The position numbers and the translations under genes are program-made. From Dongiaceae bacterium (GTDB lineage Bacteria; Pseudomonadota; Alphaproteobacteria; SHNJ01), in NCBI GenBank assembly GCA_050182275.1, contig JBFXCK010000002.1, positions 86,397 through 150,396 of the forward strand: 64,000 bases of DNA. Direction: 5' to 3'. The notes below the pieces were generated by a model. That model was not told where the DNA came from and ran no database searches. It was given only the letters and a program-made list of their open reading frames with translations. Positions 17,271 to 28,410 of this stretch are shown here, piece by piece; positions within the stretch are counted from its first letter, which is position 1; each line of letters opens with the position of its first letter.

Positions 17271-18764
17271 ATGGTTAGTTCTGAAAAGTACCGGGTAGGG
17301 CTTGGCCCCATCTCGGTTTTCTGTGGAGCCTCCGAATACCCGTATAACGAAAAAAACCCGTTCCGCGAGGTCAATCTCGAACATCAACGGCAAATCGAAC
17401 GCTTTGGCCAAATTTTGGCCGGCGCCAATATTCCCCTGATTTGGGGTGCCGGGCAAACCGGCCTGATGGGTGCGGTCAGCCGCAGCGTGATTGATCATGG
17501 CGGCATGGCGATTGGGGTATCAACCGAACATTTGGTCAATGGCAAGGAAGGCGCACAAAAAGGCATTGCGACATTGTTGGTCGCCGATTCGATGCAATCG
17601 CGCAAAATGGCCTTCAATAAATTATCCCGCGCCTTTGTGATTTTTCCGGGCGGGATCGGCACCTTTGATGAAGTCACCGAATATTTGCTGGAACGCGAAA
17701 ACGGCGAGCATCATAAGCCGATTGTCCTGGTTAACATCGACGGTTTTTACGAGCCGCTGCTGCAATATTTCAATGAGCTGGTTAAAAGCCGTTATATGAC
17801 GCAACAAGCGCGTGACATGCTGGTGGTGGTGCGTAACGCCGATGAAATTTTGCCCGCCATTACTGCCGAGCTGTTGAAATTAGAGGCCGATCATCACCGC
17901 CATACCCGCCCGATTTTCAGCAATGAAACGCGCATCGGCCAGCATAACCGGATCGTTGTACGCCGGCACTTTGCCGAATTGCCGATCGGCCGCCATAATT
18001 ATCCCAAATGCGATTTGGGCGTAGGCAGTGTGGCGATCATTTCCTCTTCTTCCGAAGCGGCGCTGAATTATGCCGCAAATGCGCCGCACCGTCAGGAAAT
18101 CGAAAAACTGATTAATTTGCTGGCGCAATACCGCCTGCCGCGCCTTATTCACTCAGGCCAAAATTCCGGCATGAAGGGAATGATCGCCCGCTTGGCAAAG
18201 CAGCAAGGCATTCCGGCAATGGGCATCACCACCAAATTTTTGGAATCCCAAGGCCATGCCGATATCCACGCCGAAACATTATTGATCGCCGATAATGAAC
18301 AATCGGCCGAATTCGCGCTGAAGAATGTGTCGGATGCGATCATCATCGGCCCCGGCGCTATCGATTCTTTGGAAAAATTGACCGATTATTTGACCGAAGT
18401 CGACATCAAAGAAAGCAATCAGCGTTTGGTGATTATGAATGTCGGCGGCCATTATGACGGCCTGCTCAATTACTTCTTGTATTTGATCGAGCGCGGCTAT
18501 TTCGCGCCGGCGGCGATGGCGAAACTTTGCATTGCTAAAACTGCCGAAGAAGTAATCGCGCAAATCAAATCGCCAATGCCTCTAGGCAACGCCGAGCTTC
18601 TTCCCAATAAAATGGATTTGGTTGCGGCGGTGGCGGCGGACAAGCCAAGACAGCCCGCCGCCTTGATTCATGACCCGAATTTCCCGCGCTATCCGGTGAC
18701 GGCGGATTCCGTCAATCTCTTGATGGAAAAATTGGGATTGGTTGACTTTACCGGCACTGCGTAA
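17271..18764 (+). CDS. Tandem LOG-family (TIGR00730-like Rossmann) protein. The first domain is canonical and the second is degenerate.
   Basis: Domain 1 has WGAGQTGLMGAV and PGGIGTFDEVTEYL (PGGxGTxxE). Domain 2 has SGQNSGMKGMIA and a degenerate GPGAIDSLEKL. RBS agaggaaag. Confidence 0.65.
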   Translation: MVSSEKYRVGLGPISVFCGASEYPYNEKNPFREVNLEHQRQIERFGQILAGANIPLIWGAGQTGLMGAVSRSVIDHGGMAIGVSTEHLVNGKEGAQKGIATLLVADSMQSRKMAFNKLSRAFVIFPGGIGTFDEVTEYLLERENGEHHKPIVLVNIDGFYEPLLQYFNELVKSRYMTQQARDMLVVVRNADEILPAITAELLKLEADHHRHTRPIFSNETRIGQHNRIVVRRHFAELPIGRHNYPKCDLGVGSVAIISSSSEAALNYAANAPHRQEIEKLINLLAQYRLPRLIHSGQNSGMKGMIARLAKQQGIPAMGITTKFLESQGHADIHAETLLIADNEQSAEFALKNVSDAIIIGPGAIDSLEKLTDYLTEVDIKESNQRLVIMNVGGHYDGLLNYFLYLIERGYFAPAAMAKLCIAKTAEEVIAQIKSPMPLGNAELLPNKMDLVAAVAADKPRQPAALIHDPNFPRYPVTADSVNLLMEKLGLVDFTGTA

Positions 18765-18863
18765 AATCCTTTAATTTCAACAAAAATAGACGCTTTAACG
18801 CGGCTTTTTCTTGCGGGGAAAGGAAGCTAGTGGCATGGTAGCTTTTTTCCCGTATTCAAGGAC

Positions 18864-20180
18864 TTGTCAATGCGTCTTACTCAATATTTCTTGCCCACCT
18901 TAAAAGAAAATCCTTCCGAGGCGCAAATTGTTTCGCACCGCCTTATGCTGCGCGCCGGAATGATCCGGCAATCGGCTGCAGGGATTTATTCTTGGCTGCC
19001 TTTAGGCTGGCGCGTTTTGCAAAAAGTCTCGCAAGTTGTACGGGAAGAGCAAGACGCCACGGGCGCCGCCGAAATGTTGATGCCGACTTTGCAGCCGGCC
19101 GAGTTATGGCAGGAATCGGGAAGGTATGAGGCTTATGGCAAAGAAATGCTCCGCATCAAAGACCGTCACGAGCGCGATTTGCTGTATGGGCCGACCAATG
19201 AGGAAATGATCACCGATATTTTCCGTCATTTCGTCAAAAGTTACCGCGATGCTGGGAAAATTCTATATCACATCCAATGGAAATTCCGTGATGAGGTCCG
19301 CCCCCGTTTCGGCGTGATGCGCGGCCGTGAATTTTTAATGAAAGATTCCTACTCCTTCGATCTTGATTTTGCCGGGGCCAAGCGGTCTTACAACAAAATG
19401 TTTGTCGCTTATTTACGCACCTTTGCCCGTATGGGATTGAAGGCAATCCCGATGCGTGCGGCTACCGGCCCGATTGGCGGCGATTTATCCCACGAGTTTA
19501 TCATTTTGGCTGAAACCGGCGAAAGCGAAGTGTATTTGGACAAGGCGTTATTAACTAAAGATGCGCTTAGCGCCCATATCGATTATCAAGGCGATTTAGA
19601 GCCGATTGTAAAAAGCTGGACCGATCCTTACGCCGCCACCGATGAAAAGCATGATCCGGTCAATTGTCCGGTTAAAGGCGATCAATTGATTAAAAGCCGC
19701 GGCATTGAAGTGGGGCACATCTTTTATTTTGGCACCAAATACTCCGCGCCGATGAAGGCGGCGGTGGCGGGGCCGAATGGCGAGAATGTGACCTTGGAAA
19801 TGGGTTCCTACGGCATCGGCGTTTCGCGGTTGGTTGGCGCCATTATCGAGGCCAGCCACGATAAGGACGGCATCATTTGGCCGGATGCGGTCGCCCCTTT
19901 CCGGGTGGCTTTGATTAATTTGAAACAAGGTGATGCGGAATGCGACAAGGTGGCGGACGAACTGTATCAAAAACTCGAAGCCGCCGGCATTGATGTATTA
20001 TATGACGACCGCGACGAGCGGCCGGGCGGCAAACTAGCCGATATGGATTTGATCGGCCTGCCATGGCAAATTTTGATTGGGCCGCGCGGCCTGGCTAAAG
20101 GCGTGGTCGAAGTTAAACGCCGTGCTACCGGCAAACGCGAAGAAATGCCGGCCGATGCGGCTTTATTGCAGGTGCTGTAA
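18864..20180 (+). CDS. proS: Prolyl-tRNA synthetase (short bacterial form)
   Basis: [36 protein letters not shown]. Class II motifs. 438 aa. Confidence 0.95.
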   Translation: MSMRLTQYFLPTLKENPSEAQIVSHRLMLRAGMIRQSAAGIYSWLPLGWRVLQKVSQVVREEQDATGAAEMLMPTLQPAELWQESGRYEAYGKEMLRIKDRHERDLLYGPTNEEMITDIFRHFVKSYRDAGKILYHIQWKFRDEVRPRFGVMRGREFLMKDSYSFDLDFAGAKRSYNKMFVAYLRTFARMGLKAIPMRAATGPIGGDLSHEFIILAETGESEVYLDKALLTKDALSAHIDYQGDLEPIVKSWTDPYAATDEKHDPVNCPVKGDQLIKSRGIEVGHIFYFGTKYSAPMKAAVAGPNGENVTLEMGSYGIGVSRLVGAIIEASHDKDGIIWPDAVAPFRVALINLKQGDAECDKVADELYQKLEAAGIDVLYDDRDERPGGKLADMDLIGLPWQILIGPRGLAKGVVEVKRRATGKREEMPADAALLQVL

Positions 20181-20183
20181 TCA

Positions 20184-21422
20184 ATGGGTTTTGAACGCCA
20201 AATCGCCTTCCGCTATTTGCGCCCGCGCAAAGGGCAGGGGTTTGTATCGGTTATTGCCGGCTTTTCGCTGCTGGGCATTACCTTGGGCGTTGCGACATTA
20301 ATTATCGTCATGGCGGTGATGAATGGTTTTCGTCAGGAATTATTCACCCGCATTTTAGGCTTAAACGCGCATGTGGCAATCTATGCTGCCCAGGGGAATA
20401 TTACCGGTTATCAAAATTTAAAAACCGAGCTTGAAAAATTGCCCGCTGTCAAATCGGCGGCCCCGGTTATCGAGGGTCAGGTAATGGTGACTTATCGCGG
20501 CAAAAGTTCGGGCGCCTTATTGCGCGGCCTTGCACCGGAAGATGTTAAATCGCGGCCCCTCTTGGCCGGCAATATCATGGATGGCGATTTAAATAATTTT
20601 AGCGGCATCAATGCCGCCATGATTGGCCGGGCTTTGGCCAACCGGCTGGGCATGAATGCGGGGGATTATGTAACGGTGCTTTCCCCGCAAGGCCAAATAA
20701 CCGCCTTTGGCAGTATTCCGCGCAGCAAGGCGTTTGAAACGGCGGCGATTTTCAGTGTCGGGATGTATGAATATGATAATGGCTTTATCTATGTGCCCTT
20801 AGAGGCCGCGCAGAATTTTTATTCGCTGGAAGGCCAGGCCTATGGGATTGAAATTCTTCTGCATAATCCGATGGATTTAACGGCGGCGCGCGAGCAAATC
20901 CGCAATACGGTTGGCCCGGATATGCGCGTGGTCGATTGGCAGCAAGCGCATCAAACATTCTTCAGCGCCATTCAGGTCGAGCGCAATGTAATGTTTATTA
21001 TTTTGACATTAATTATTGTGGTGGCTGCCTTTAATATTATTTCCGGCTTAATCATGCTAGTCAAAGATAAAACCTCGGCGATTGCGATTCTTCGCACCAT
21101 GGGCGCCACGCGCGGCAGCGTGATGCGGATATTTTTTATCAGCGGCGCTACGATTGGGATTTTGGGCACCTTTCTTGGTTTTGCGCTGGGATTGGCATTT
21201 GTGTTTAATATCGAGTCGATCCGCCAAGCCTTGGAGCATTTAACCGGCACCAGATTATTTTCGCCCGAAATTTATTTCTTATCGCAATTGCCCGCTAAGA
21301 TTGATCCCGTCGAAGTCGTAAGCGTGGTGGCGATGGCCTTGGGATTATCGTTCTTAGCCACTTTATACCCCGCCTGGCGCGCCTCGCGCCTTGATCCCAT
21401 TCAGGCTTTGCGTCATGAGTAG
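20184..21422 (+). CDS. Lipoprotein-releasing system transmembrane permease, LolC/LolE
   Basis: FtsX-like permease with N-terminus [41 protein letters not shown] and a large periplasmic loop. Confidence 0.9.
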   Translation: MGFERQIAFRYLRPRKGQGFVSVIAGFSLLGITLGVATLIIVMAVMNGFRQELFTRILGLNAHVAIYAAQGNITGYQNLKTELEKLPAVKSAAPVIEGQVMVTYRGKSSGALLRGLAPEDVKSRPLLAGNIMDGDLNNFSGINAAMIGRALANRLGMNAGDYVTVLSPQGQITAFGSIPRSKAFETAAIFSVGMYEYDNGFIYVPLEAAQNFYSLEGQAYGIEILLHNPMDLTAAREQIRNTVGPDMRVVDWQQAHQTFFSAIQVERNVMFIILTLIIVVAAFNIISGLIMLVKDKTSAIAILRTMGATRGSVMRIFFISGATIGILGTFLGFALGLAFVFNIESIRQALEHLTGTRLFSPEIYFLSQLPAKIDPVEVVSVVAMALGLSFLATLYPAWRASRLDPIQALRHE

Positions 21423-22122
21423 CATCTTGCAGCTGCAAAATATCCGCCGCTCCTTTACCCAAGGCGGGCAGGTGCTTCCTGTTTTGCAGGGCGTTGACCT
21501 GGAATTGAAGGCGGGCGAGCTGGTCGCGCTGGTTGGCCCTTCTGGCGCGGGGAAGTCAACTTTGCTGCATATTGCTGGATTGCTGGAACGGCCCGAAAGC
21601 GGAAATATTTTTATTAACGGGCAGGCAATCGAATTTAAAAATGATGACTTCATCACCGCCCAGCGCCGTAAAACCATCGGTTTTGTTTATCAGGCGCATC
21701 ATTTACTGCCCGAATTTAATGCCTTGGAAAATGTCCGGTTGCCGCAGCAAATTTTGGGTTTAAAAAACCCGCCAGTGCAGGCGGAAGAATTGTTGGCGGC
21801 TGTTGGACTTGCCTCCCGCGCCACGCACCGCCCTTATCAATTATCCGGCGGCGAACAGCAACGCGTGGCGCTGGCCCGCGCCTTGGCCAACGCCCCCCGC
21901 CTTCTTTTAGCCGATGAGCCGACCGGGAATTTGGATCCCCATACAGCCGAGGATGTATTTGGCGTCATTCAAAATTTGGTGCGCCAAACGGGCGTTGCCG
22001 CGCTCATTGCCACCCATAATCTAGAGATGGCGCGGAAAATGGATAGGGTAATGGCGCTGGTCGAGGGAAAGTTAGCCCCGGCCAACTATCCCCATTTTTC
22101 CCAAAAACAGGCGATTTCCTAA
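21415..22122 (+). CDS. lolD: Lipoprotein-releasing system ATP-binding protein
   Basis: Walker [13 protein letters not shown] signature [15 protein letters not shown]. Start codon overlaps the lolC/E stop. Confidence 0.9.
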   Translation: MSSILQLQNIRRSFTQGGQVLPVLQGVDLELKAGELVALVGPSGAGKSTLLHIAGLLERPESGNIFINGQAIEFKNDDFITAQRRKTIGFVYQAHHLLPEFNALENVRLPQQILGLKNPPVQAEELLAAVGLASRATHRPYQLSGGEQQRVALARALANAPRLLLADEPTGNLDPHTAEDVFGVIQNLVRQTGVAALIATHNLEMARKMDRVMALVEGKLAPANYPHFSQKQAIS

Positions 22123-22149
22123 AGCTTTTAAGGACGCTATACTGCCGCC

Positions 22150-25100
22150 ATGGCAGCGGCTGATTTTATTCATTTGCGCGTACATAGCGCTTATTCGCTT
22201 TCGGAAGGGGCATTGAAGATCGAGGAGATTGCGGGGTTGGCGCAAACTTTGCGCATGCCGGCTGTGGCTATTACCGATACCAATAATTTGTTTGGCGCTT
22301 TGGAATTCGCCGAATATTGTTCCAAGTCCGGCATTCAACCAATTATCGGCGTGCAATTGAATGTCCGCCAGGATGGGCAGCAAACACGGCAAGGCTTGCC
22401 GGTTTTGCATCCGCTGATATTGCTGGCGCAAAATAAAGAGGGCTATCAAAATTTATTGCGCTTGGTCAGCGCCGCGCATCTAGAAACCGCGCCGCCCGCC
22501 GACCCGCATGTGAGTTTGGCGCAAGTGCAAAAACATGCGGCGGGCTTGCTGTGCCTAACCGGAGGAATGGCAGGATTGCTTGCGCAATTGCTGGCCAATA
22601 ATCAAAAAGACCAGGCGGAAATTTTTCTCAAGCAATTGTCGGGAATTTATCCGGGCCGTTTATATATCGAGCTGCAGCGTTTCAATCTTCCCCATGAGCG
22701 CAAAGTGGAAGATGAGTTAATTGAATTAGCGAATATTCATCATGTGCCTTTGGTCGCCACCAACGAGGCGTTTTTCAGCGGCCCTGAAATGTTTGAGGCG
22801 CATGACGCGCTGATTTGCATTGCCGAGGGTAAGGCGGTGGCTGATCCGGATAGACGGAAACTAACGCCCAATCATTATTTTAAAAACGCCGCTGAAATGC
22901 GGGAATTGTTTAAGGATTTACCCGAAGCTATTGATAATACGCTGGTAATCGCCAAACGCTGCGCTTTCATGCCGGTGGGCAGTAAACCTTTATTGCCCGC
23001 CTTTCCCACCCCAAAAGGCCGCGATCAGCCTGAAGAATTGCGCTTATCCGCCAAGGCCGGGCTGGAGGAGCGTTTTCAGCAAAATAAAATCATCGATAAG
23101 ACCGAACAAGAACGCTACCGCACCCGGTTGGATTATGAAATCGATATGATTATCCGCACCGGTTTTGCGGGTTATTTTTTAATCGTTGCCGATTTTATCA
23201 AATGGGCCAAGGCGCAAAATATTCCAGTAGGGCCGGGCCGGGGTTCGGGCGCTGGATCGGTTGCCGCTTGGGCGCTTACCATTACCGATCTTGATCCGTT
23301 GCGCTGGGGTTTGCTGTTCGAGCGGTTTTTGAATCCCGACCGTGTATCGATGCCCGATTTCGATATCGATTTCTGCCAAGACCGCCGCGATGAAGTGATT
23401 CGGTATGTGCAAACCCGTTATGGCCGCGACCGTGTGGCGCAAATTATTACTTTCGGCAAATTACAGGCGAGAGCGGTGCTGCGCGATGTGGGGCGCGTGA
23501 TCGGCCTTGGCTATAATGAAGTGGACCGGATTTGCAAATTAATTCCGAACAACCCGGCGCAGCCAACCACGCTTGAACAGGCGATTGATGGCGAGCCGCT
23601 GTTGCAGCAAGCGCGCAAAGACAATCCGGAAATAGCGCGCCTTATGAATATCGGTTTGAAGTTAGAGGGTTTGTACCGCCACGCCTCTACCCACGCGGCG
23701 GGGGTGGTGATTGGCGATAGGCCATTGGAAGAATTAGTGCCGCTGTACCGCGATCCAAAATCCGATATTCCGGCCACCCAATTCAGCATGAAATATGTTG
23801 AAAAAGCGGGTCTGGTGAAATTCGATTTTCTGGGTTTAAAAACGCTGACGGTTTTGCAAAAGGCGGTCAATTTATTGGCGGAGCAGGGGATTCATATTGA
23901 TCTTATCACCCTGCCGCTCGATGATAAAAAAACCTATGACATGCTAAGCCATGGCGACGCGTCGGGCGTGTTTCAGCTCGAATCTTCCGGCATGCGCGAT
24001 ACGTTGCGGAAATTAAAGCCCGACCGGTTTGAAGATATTATCGCAGTGGTCGCCCTTTACCGCCCAGGCCCGATGGACAATATCCCGGCCTATATCGCCC
24101 GCAAGCATGGCCAGGAAAAGGCTGATTATCTGCATCCCAGTATCGAGCCGATTTTAAAAGAAACCTACGGCGTCATGATTTATCAAGAGCAAGTCATGCA
24201 AATTGCTCAAGTGCTATCGGGGTATAGCTTAGGACAAGCTGATTTGCTTCGCCGGGCGATGGGTAAAAAAATCGCCAGCGAAATGGCGGCGCAGCGGCAA
24301 AGTTTTGTCGATGGCGCTTTCAAGCAGCATAAAGTGCCCGCGCAAAAAGCCGGGGAAATTTTTGATTTGGTTGATAAATTCGCCGGTTACGGTTTCAACA
24401 AATCGCACGCCGCCGCCTATGCCTTAATTGCCTATCAAACCGCCTATTTAAAAGCCAATTATCCGGTCGCCTTCATGGCGGCGATTATGACGCTGGATGC
24501 GGGCAATACCGATAAGCTGGGCGGCTTTAAACAAGAATTGCAGCGCTTGGATGTGCAATTGCTGCCGCCCGATATCAATAAATCTTTTCCCCATTTCGCG
24601 CCGGAAGGCAATGCCATCCGCTATGCCTTGGCCGCTATTAAAGGCGTGGGCGATCAGGCGATGCAGGCATTGGTGGCCGAGCGCCAGGCTAATGGTCCCT
24701 TTAAAAATATCGAAAATTTCGTCAGCCGCCTGGATGGCAAAGTATTAAACAAACGCCAGCTAGAGGCCTTGATCGGCGCTGGCGCTTTTGATTCTTTAGA
24801 GCCTAACCGCGCCTTGTTGGCGGGCAATATCGAAAAATTGGTCAAAAGCGCCGCCAAAATTGAAGCCGGCCCGTCTTTATTCGGCGGCGATGATGGCGCG
24901 CGCTTTAAGCTTGATCCGGCGCCGGCGTGGAGCGCGATGGAAAAATTACAGCATGAATTTGATGCTTTGGGCTTTTATTTATCGGCCCACCCGTTGGACG
25001 CTTTCCGCAGCGCTTTGAAAAAATTAAAAGCGGTGACAGCGCTTGATTTCTTGGAATATGGCGCTTCCAAAAATGGCTTGACTATCAATATGGCCGGGGT

Positions 25101-25581
25101 GGTGATCGCGAAAAAAGAGCGCCGCTCGCAAAAGGGCAATAAATACGCCTTCGTTCAGTTTTCCGATTTAACCGGCGTGTTTGAAGTGACGGTGTTTTCC
25201 GAAATTTTGAACTCGGCGCGCGATTTGCTGGAATCATCCGAGGCGCTGTTGGTTTCGGCCGAAGTGCAGCTGCAAGGGGAAACGGTGCGCCTAACCGCGC
25301 AATCGATCCAGCGTTTGGAGCCCCTTGCCGCCAAGGCGCAAGGCGATGTGGTGATTCGCGTCAGCGATCAAGCGGCGATCGAAGCTTTGCAAAAAATCCT
25401 GGCCAAGGCGCCGAATGTGCCTCTAAATAAGGGCCGTTTCCAGCCAGCGCTTGTGACTTTATTGGTGCAAACCTCAACGCATGAGGTTGAAATCAACCTT
25501 CCTAAATCCCCGCCCAATTTATTGCAGCTAAAGCATGATCTGGCCGCGGTGCCAGGGGCGGTGCTGGTGGAGGAGAATTAA
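22150..25581 (+). CDS. dnaE: DNA polymerase III alpha subunit
   Basis: 1143 aa with a PHP domain N-terminus (IHLRVHSAYSLSEGA), a polymerase core, and an OB fold. Confidence 0.97.
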   Translation: MAAADFIHLRVHSAYSLSEGALKIEEIAGLAQTLRMPAVAITDTNNLFGALEFAEYCSKSGIQPIIGVQLNVRQDGQQTRQGLPVLHPLILLAQNKEGYQNLLRLVSAAHLETAPPADPHVSLAQVQKHAAGLLCLTGGMAGLLAQLLANNQKDQAEIFLKQLSGIYPGRLYIELQRFNLPHERKVEDELIELANIHHVPLVATNEAFFSGPEMFEAHDALICIAEGKAVADPDRRKLTPNHYFKNAAEMRELFKDLPEAIDNTLVIAKRCAFMPVGSKPLLPAFPTPKGRDQPEELRLSAKAGLEERFQQNKIIDKTEQERYRTRLDYEIDMIIRTGFAGYFLIVADFIKWAKAQNIPVGPGRGSGAGSVAAWALTITDLDPLRWGLLFERFLNPDRVSMPDFDIDFCQDRRDEVIRYVQTRYGRDRVAQIITFGKLQARAVLRDVGRVIGLGYNEVDRICKLIPNNPAQPTTLEQAIDGEPLLQQARKDNPEIARLMNIGLKLEGLYRHASTHAAGVVIGDRPLEELVPLYRDPKSDIPATQFSMKYVEKAGLVKFDFLGLKTLTVLQKAVNLLAEQGIHIDLITLPLDDKKTYDMLSHGDASGVFQLESSGMRDTLRKLKPDRFEDIIAVVALYRPGPMDNIPAYIARKHGQEKADYLHPSIEPILKETYGVMIYQEQVMQIAQVLSGYSLGQADLLRRAMGKKIASEMAAQRQSFVDGAFKQHKVPAQKAGEIFDLVDKFAGYGFNKSHAAAYALIAYQTAYLKANYPVAFMAAIMTLDAGNTDKLGGFKQELQRLDVQLLPPDINKSFPHFAPEGNAIRYALAAIKGVGDQAMQALVAERQANGPFKNIENFVSRLDGKVLNKRQLEALIGAGAFDSLEPNRALLAGNIEKLVKSAAKIEAGPSLFGGDDGARFKLDPAPAWSAMEKLQHEFDALGFYLSAHPLDAFRSALKKLKAVTALDFLEYGASKNGLTINMAGVVIAKKERRSQKGNKYAFVQFSDLTGVFEVTVFSEILNSARDLLESSEALLVSAEVQLQGETVRLTAQSIQRLEPLAAKAQGDVVIRVSDQAAIEALQKILAKAPNVPLNKGRFQPALVTLLVQTSTHEVEINLPKSPPNLLQLKHDLAAVPGAVLVEEN

Positions 25582-26336
25582 CGCGCCGTCCAGCCGCCAT
25601 CAATCGAAAGCGCGGCGCCCGTAATATTCGCCGCCTGATCGCCGCATAGAAAAACGGCGAGGGCTGCGACTTCATCAACTCCAATAAATTTTTTGGTGGG
25701 CTGCGCCGCTAAAATAACATCGCGCACGACTTCTTCCTCGCTCATGCCGCGGGCTTTGGCGGTGGGGGAGATTTGATTTTCAACCAAGGGCGTTTTCACA
25801 TAGCCTGGGCAAATGGCATTGATGGTGATGCCCATTTCTGCCACTTCTAATGCTGCTGATTTTGTCATGCCAACCAAACCATGTTTCGCCGCCACATAGG
25901 CCGATTTGAAAGGCGAGGCCACTAGCCCATGGGCCGAGGCGATATTAATAATTCGCCCCCATTTATTCTTTTTCATATGGGGCAGGGCCAGGCGGGTAGT
26001 ATGAAAAGCGGCGCTTAGATTAATCGCAATAATTTCATTCCATTTTTCAAGGGGAAATTCATCAATCGCCGATACATGTTGAATGCCGGCATTATTCACT
26101 AAAATATCCACCTTATATTGGCGCATCATATCGGCGATTTCATCGGGCTTGGTCATATCGGCCGGGTGATAATCGGCCTTTAATTTTTTGCGCAAATTCT
26201 CAATTTCGGCCTTATCGCCAAAGCCATTGAGAATGATTTTGGCGTCTTCGGCTGCCATTGCCTCGGCAATGCCAAGGCCAATGCCGCTGGTCGAGCCGGT
26301 AATAAGGGCGGTTTTATTGGTGAGCATGGACGGCAT
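25578..26336 (-). CDS. bdhA: D-beta-hydroxybutyrate dehydrogenase (SDR family)
   Basis: TALITGSTSGIGLGIA cofactor motif and SDR catalytic region. The likely start is MPSMLTNK at 26336. The ORF track extends to 26489 through a palindromic element. Confidence 0.85.
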   Translation of the reverse strand: MPSMLTNKTALITGSTSGIGLGIAEAMAAEDAKIILNGFGDKAEIENLRKKLKADYHPADMTKPDEIADMMRQYKVDILVNNAGIQHVSAIDEFPLEKWNEIIAINLSAAFHTTRLALPHMKKNKWGRIINIASAHGLVASPFKSAYVAAKHGLVGMTKSAALEVAEMGITINAICPGYVKTPLVENQISPTAKARGMSEEEVVRDVILAAQPTKKFIGVDEVAALAVFLCGDQAANITGAALSIDGGWTAR

Positions 26337-26345
26337 CTTACTCTT

Positions 26346-26420
26346 ATCGTCATTCCCGCGAAAGCGGGAATCCATTGTGCCGTTTGATAGATGGACCCCC
26401 GTTTTCACGGGGGTGACGAT
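26346..26420. mobile_element. 75-bp MITE-like element with terminal inverted repeats ATCGTCA/TGACGAT and two internal hairpins
   Basis: atcgtcaTTCCCGCgaaaGCGGGAAtcc...CCCCCGttttcaCGGGGGtgacgat. Only one copy in the window, immediately upstream of bdhA. Confidence 0.4.
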
Positions 26421-26592
26421 AAAAAATAAGCCAAAACTCAAACCCCTTGCAATTTCTTTAGATTTTGCTATAAAACCCCCACTTCTCACGCGGGAGCTGC
26501 GTGGCTTATTTCAATCAATAGGCTAACGCATCCGGTGCCTGATGGTCAGGTGCTTTGCCCCGCGGCGGATTAACCGGATGAAAGGAACTATA

Positions 26593-27381
26593 ATGTCGCA
26601 ACAACCTGCGTTTACGATGCGTCAGCTTTTAGAGGCTGGCGTTCACTTTGGCCACAACACGCGCCGCTGGAACCCGAAAATGGCCAGCTATATTTTCGGC
26701 GAGCGTAATAAGATTCATATTCTTAATCTCGAAAAAACCGTGCCGATGCTGAATCAAGCCTTGAAGGCGATTTACAGCACTGCCGCCAGCGGTGGCCGTG
26801 TTTTGTTTGTCGGCACCAAGCGCCAGGCGGCGGAACCAATTGCTGAAACCGCAAAACGCTGTGGCCAGTTTTACGTTAACAGCCGTTGGCTGGGCGGGAT
26901 GCTGACCAATTGGAAAACCATTTCCAATTCCATCCGCCGCTTGAAAAGCCTGGATGAGCAAATCAACAACCCCGAAAGCGGCTTAACGAAAAAAGAACTT
27001 TTGAACATGACGCGCGAGCGCGAAAAGCTGGAAAAGGCCTTGGGCGGTATCCGCGAAATGGGCGGCCTGCCCGACATTTTATTCGTGATCGATACGAATA
27101 AGGAGCAAATCGCCATCGCCGAAGCCAAGCGCTTGGGTATTCCGATTGTGGCCGTGGTTGATTCCAACTGCGATCCGGAAGGCATTACCTATCCGATCCC
27201 CGGCAATGATGACGCCATGCGCGCCATCAATTTGTATTGCGAATTGGTTGGTCAAACCGTTCTGGCCGGCCTGCAAGCCGAAATGCAAAAAAGCGGCGTT
27301 GATTTAGGTGAAGCCGCCGAGCCCGCGATGGAGGCAAGCTTGGCTGCCGCCAATGACGGCCGCGAAGAAGCGAGCGCTTAA
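26593..27381 (+). CDS. rpsB: 30S ribosomal protein S2
   Basis: [33 protein letters not shown] aaaggaa at 26581-26587. Confidence 0.95.
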   Translation: MSQQPAFTMRQLLEAGVHFGHNTRRWNPKMASYIFGERNKIHILNLEKTVPMLNQALKAIYSTAASGGRVLFVGTKRQAAEPIAETAKRCGQFYVNSRWLGGMLTNWKTISNSIRRLKSLDEQINNPESGLTKKELLNMTREREKLEKALGGIREMGGLPDILFVIDTNKEQIAIAEAKRLGIPIVAVVDSNCDPEGITYPIPGNDDAMRAINLYCELVGQTVLAGLQAEMQKSGVDLGEAAEPAMEASLAAANDGREEASA

Positions 27382-27393
27382 TATAATCCCCAA

Positions 27394-27467
27394 GCTCATG
27401 GTTCGACTAGCTCACCATGAGCTTCGAGTTTAGCTTTAGCTCATCCTGAGCTTGTCGAAGGATGATC
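27394..27467. repeat. Paired palindromic hairpin repeat, locus 2 (CTCATGGT stem then CTCATCCT stem)
   Basis: gctcatggttcgactagctcaccatgagc and gctcatcctgagcttgtcgaaggatgatc, between rpsB and tsf. Confidence 0.6.
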
Positions 27468-27487
27468 TAATAAGAAAGGAATTTCCT

Positions 27488-28360
27488 ATGACACAAATTA
27501 CAGCAGCGATGGTGAATAAACTTCGCGAAATGACCGGCGCCGGTATGATGGAATGCAAGGCCGCTCTTGTTGAGGCCAATGGCGATTTTGAAGCCGCCGC
27601 CGATATTTTGCGCAAAAAATCGGGCGCTGCCGCTTCGAAAAAAGCGGGCCGTAAAACCGCCGAAGGGTTGGTCGCCATTGCAATTGAAGGCAATAAGGGC
27701 GCCATGGCGCAAATCAATTGCGAAACCGATTTCGTCGCCCGCAATGAAAAATTCCAAGCTTACGCCGCCAAGGTTGCGAAAATGGCCTTAAGCGATTCGC
27801 CGGAAAAAGTGAAATCGGCTGCGGCATCTGAATTGGAGCAGCTAATCGCCACCATCGGCGAAAATATGAGCTTAAGCCGTGTTGGCGGTTTAAGCGTAAA
27901 GCAAGGCGCTATTGTTTCTTATGTTCATAACGCTGTTAATTCAACGATGGGTAAAATCGGCGTATTGGTGGCTTTGGAATCAACCGCGCCTGCTGCGAAG
28001 CTTGAAACCGTTGGCAAGCAATTGGCCATGCATATCGCCGCCGCGCGTCCCGATGCGGTGAATATAGCCGATGCCGATCCGAAGAAGGTGGAAAAAGAAC
28101 GCAATTTTTTCACCGATCAGGCCAAGGAATCGGGCAAGCCCGCCGATATTATCGCTAAGATGGTCGAGGGGCGCATCCGTAAGTATTACGAAGAAGTCAT
28201 CCTGATGGAGCAGCTTTTTGTTGTTGATGGCGAAAGCAAGATCGCCAAGGTGGTCGAGGCCGCCGCCAAGGATGCGGGCGCCCCCATTAAAGTCGCGGGT
28301 TTCTTGCGCTTTGCCTTGGGCGAGGACAATGATTCCAGCCTGGATGCGCAAGCCGCCTAG
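27488..28360 (+). CDS. tsf: Elongation factor Ts
   Basis: [27 protein letters not shown]-like N-terminus. RBS aagaaagga. Confidence 0.95.
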   Translation: [290 protein letters not shown]

Positions 28361-28410
28361 ATTTTTAAGCGGATTTAGGCTAAAACAGCTTCACTATCAG
28401 GAGTTGACCC

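Noticed and set aside
26336-26489. N-terminal 51-codon extension of bdhA in the ORF track (MRSGGFIAKS...)
   Set aside because: The extension reads through the MITE-like palindromic element. Its composition is unlike the rest of the protein. The canonical SDR N-terminus begins at MPSMLTNK, so the start is set at 26336.
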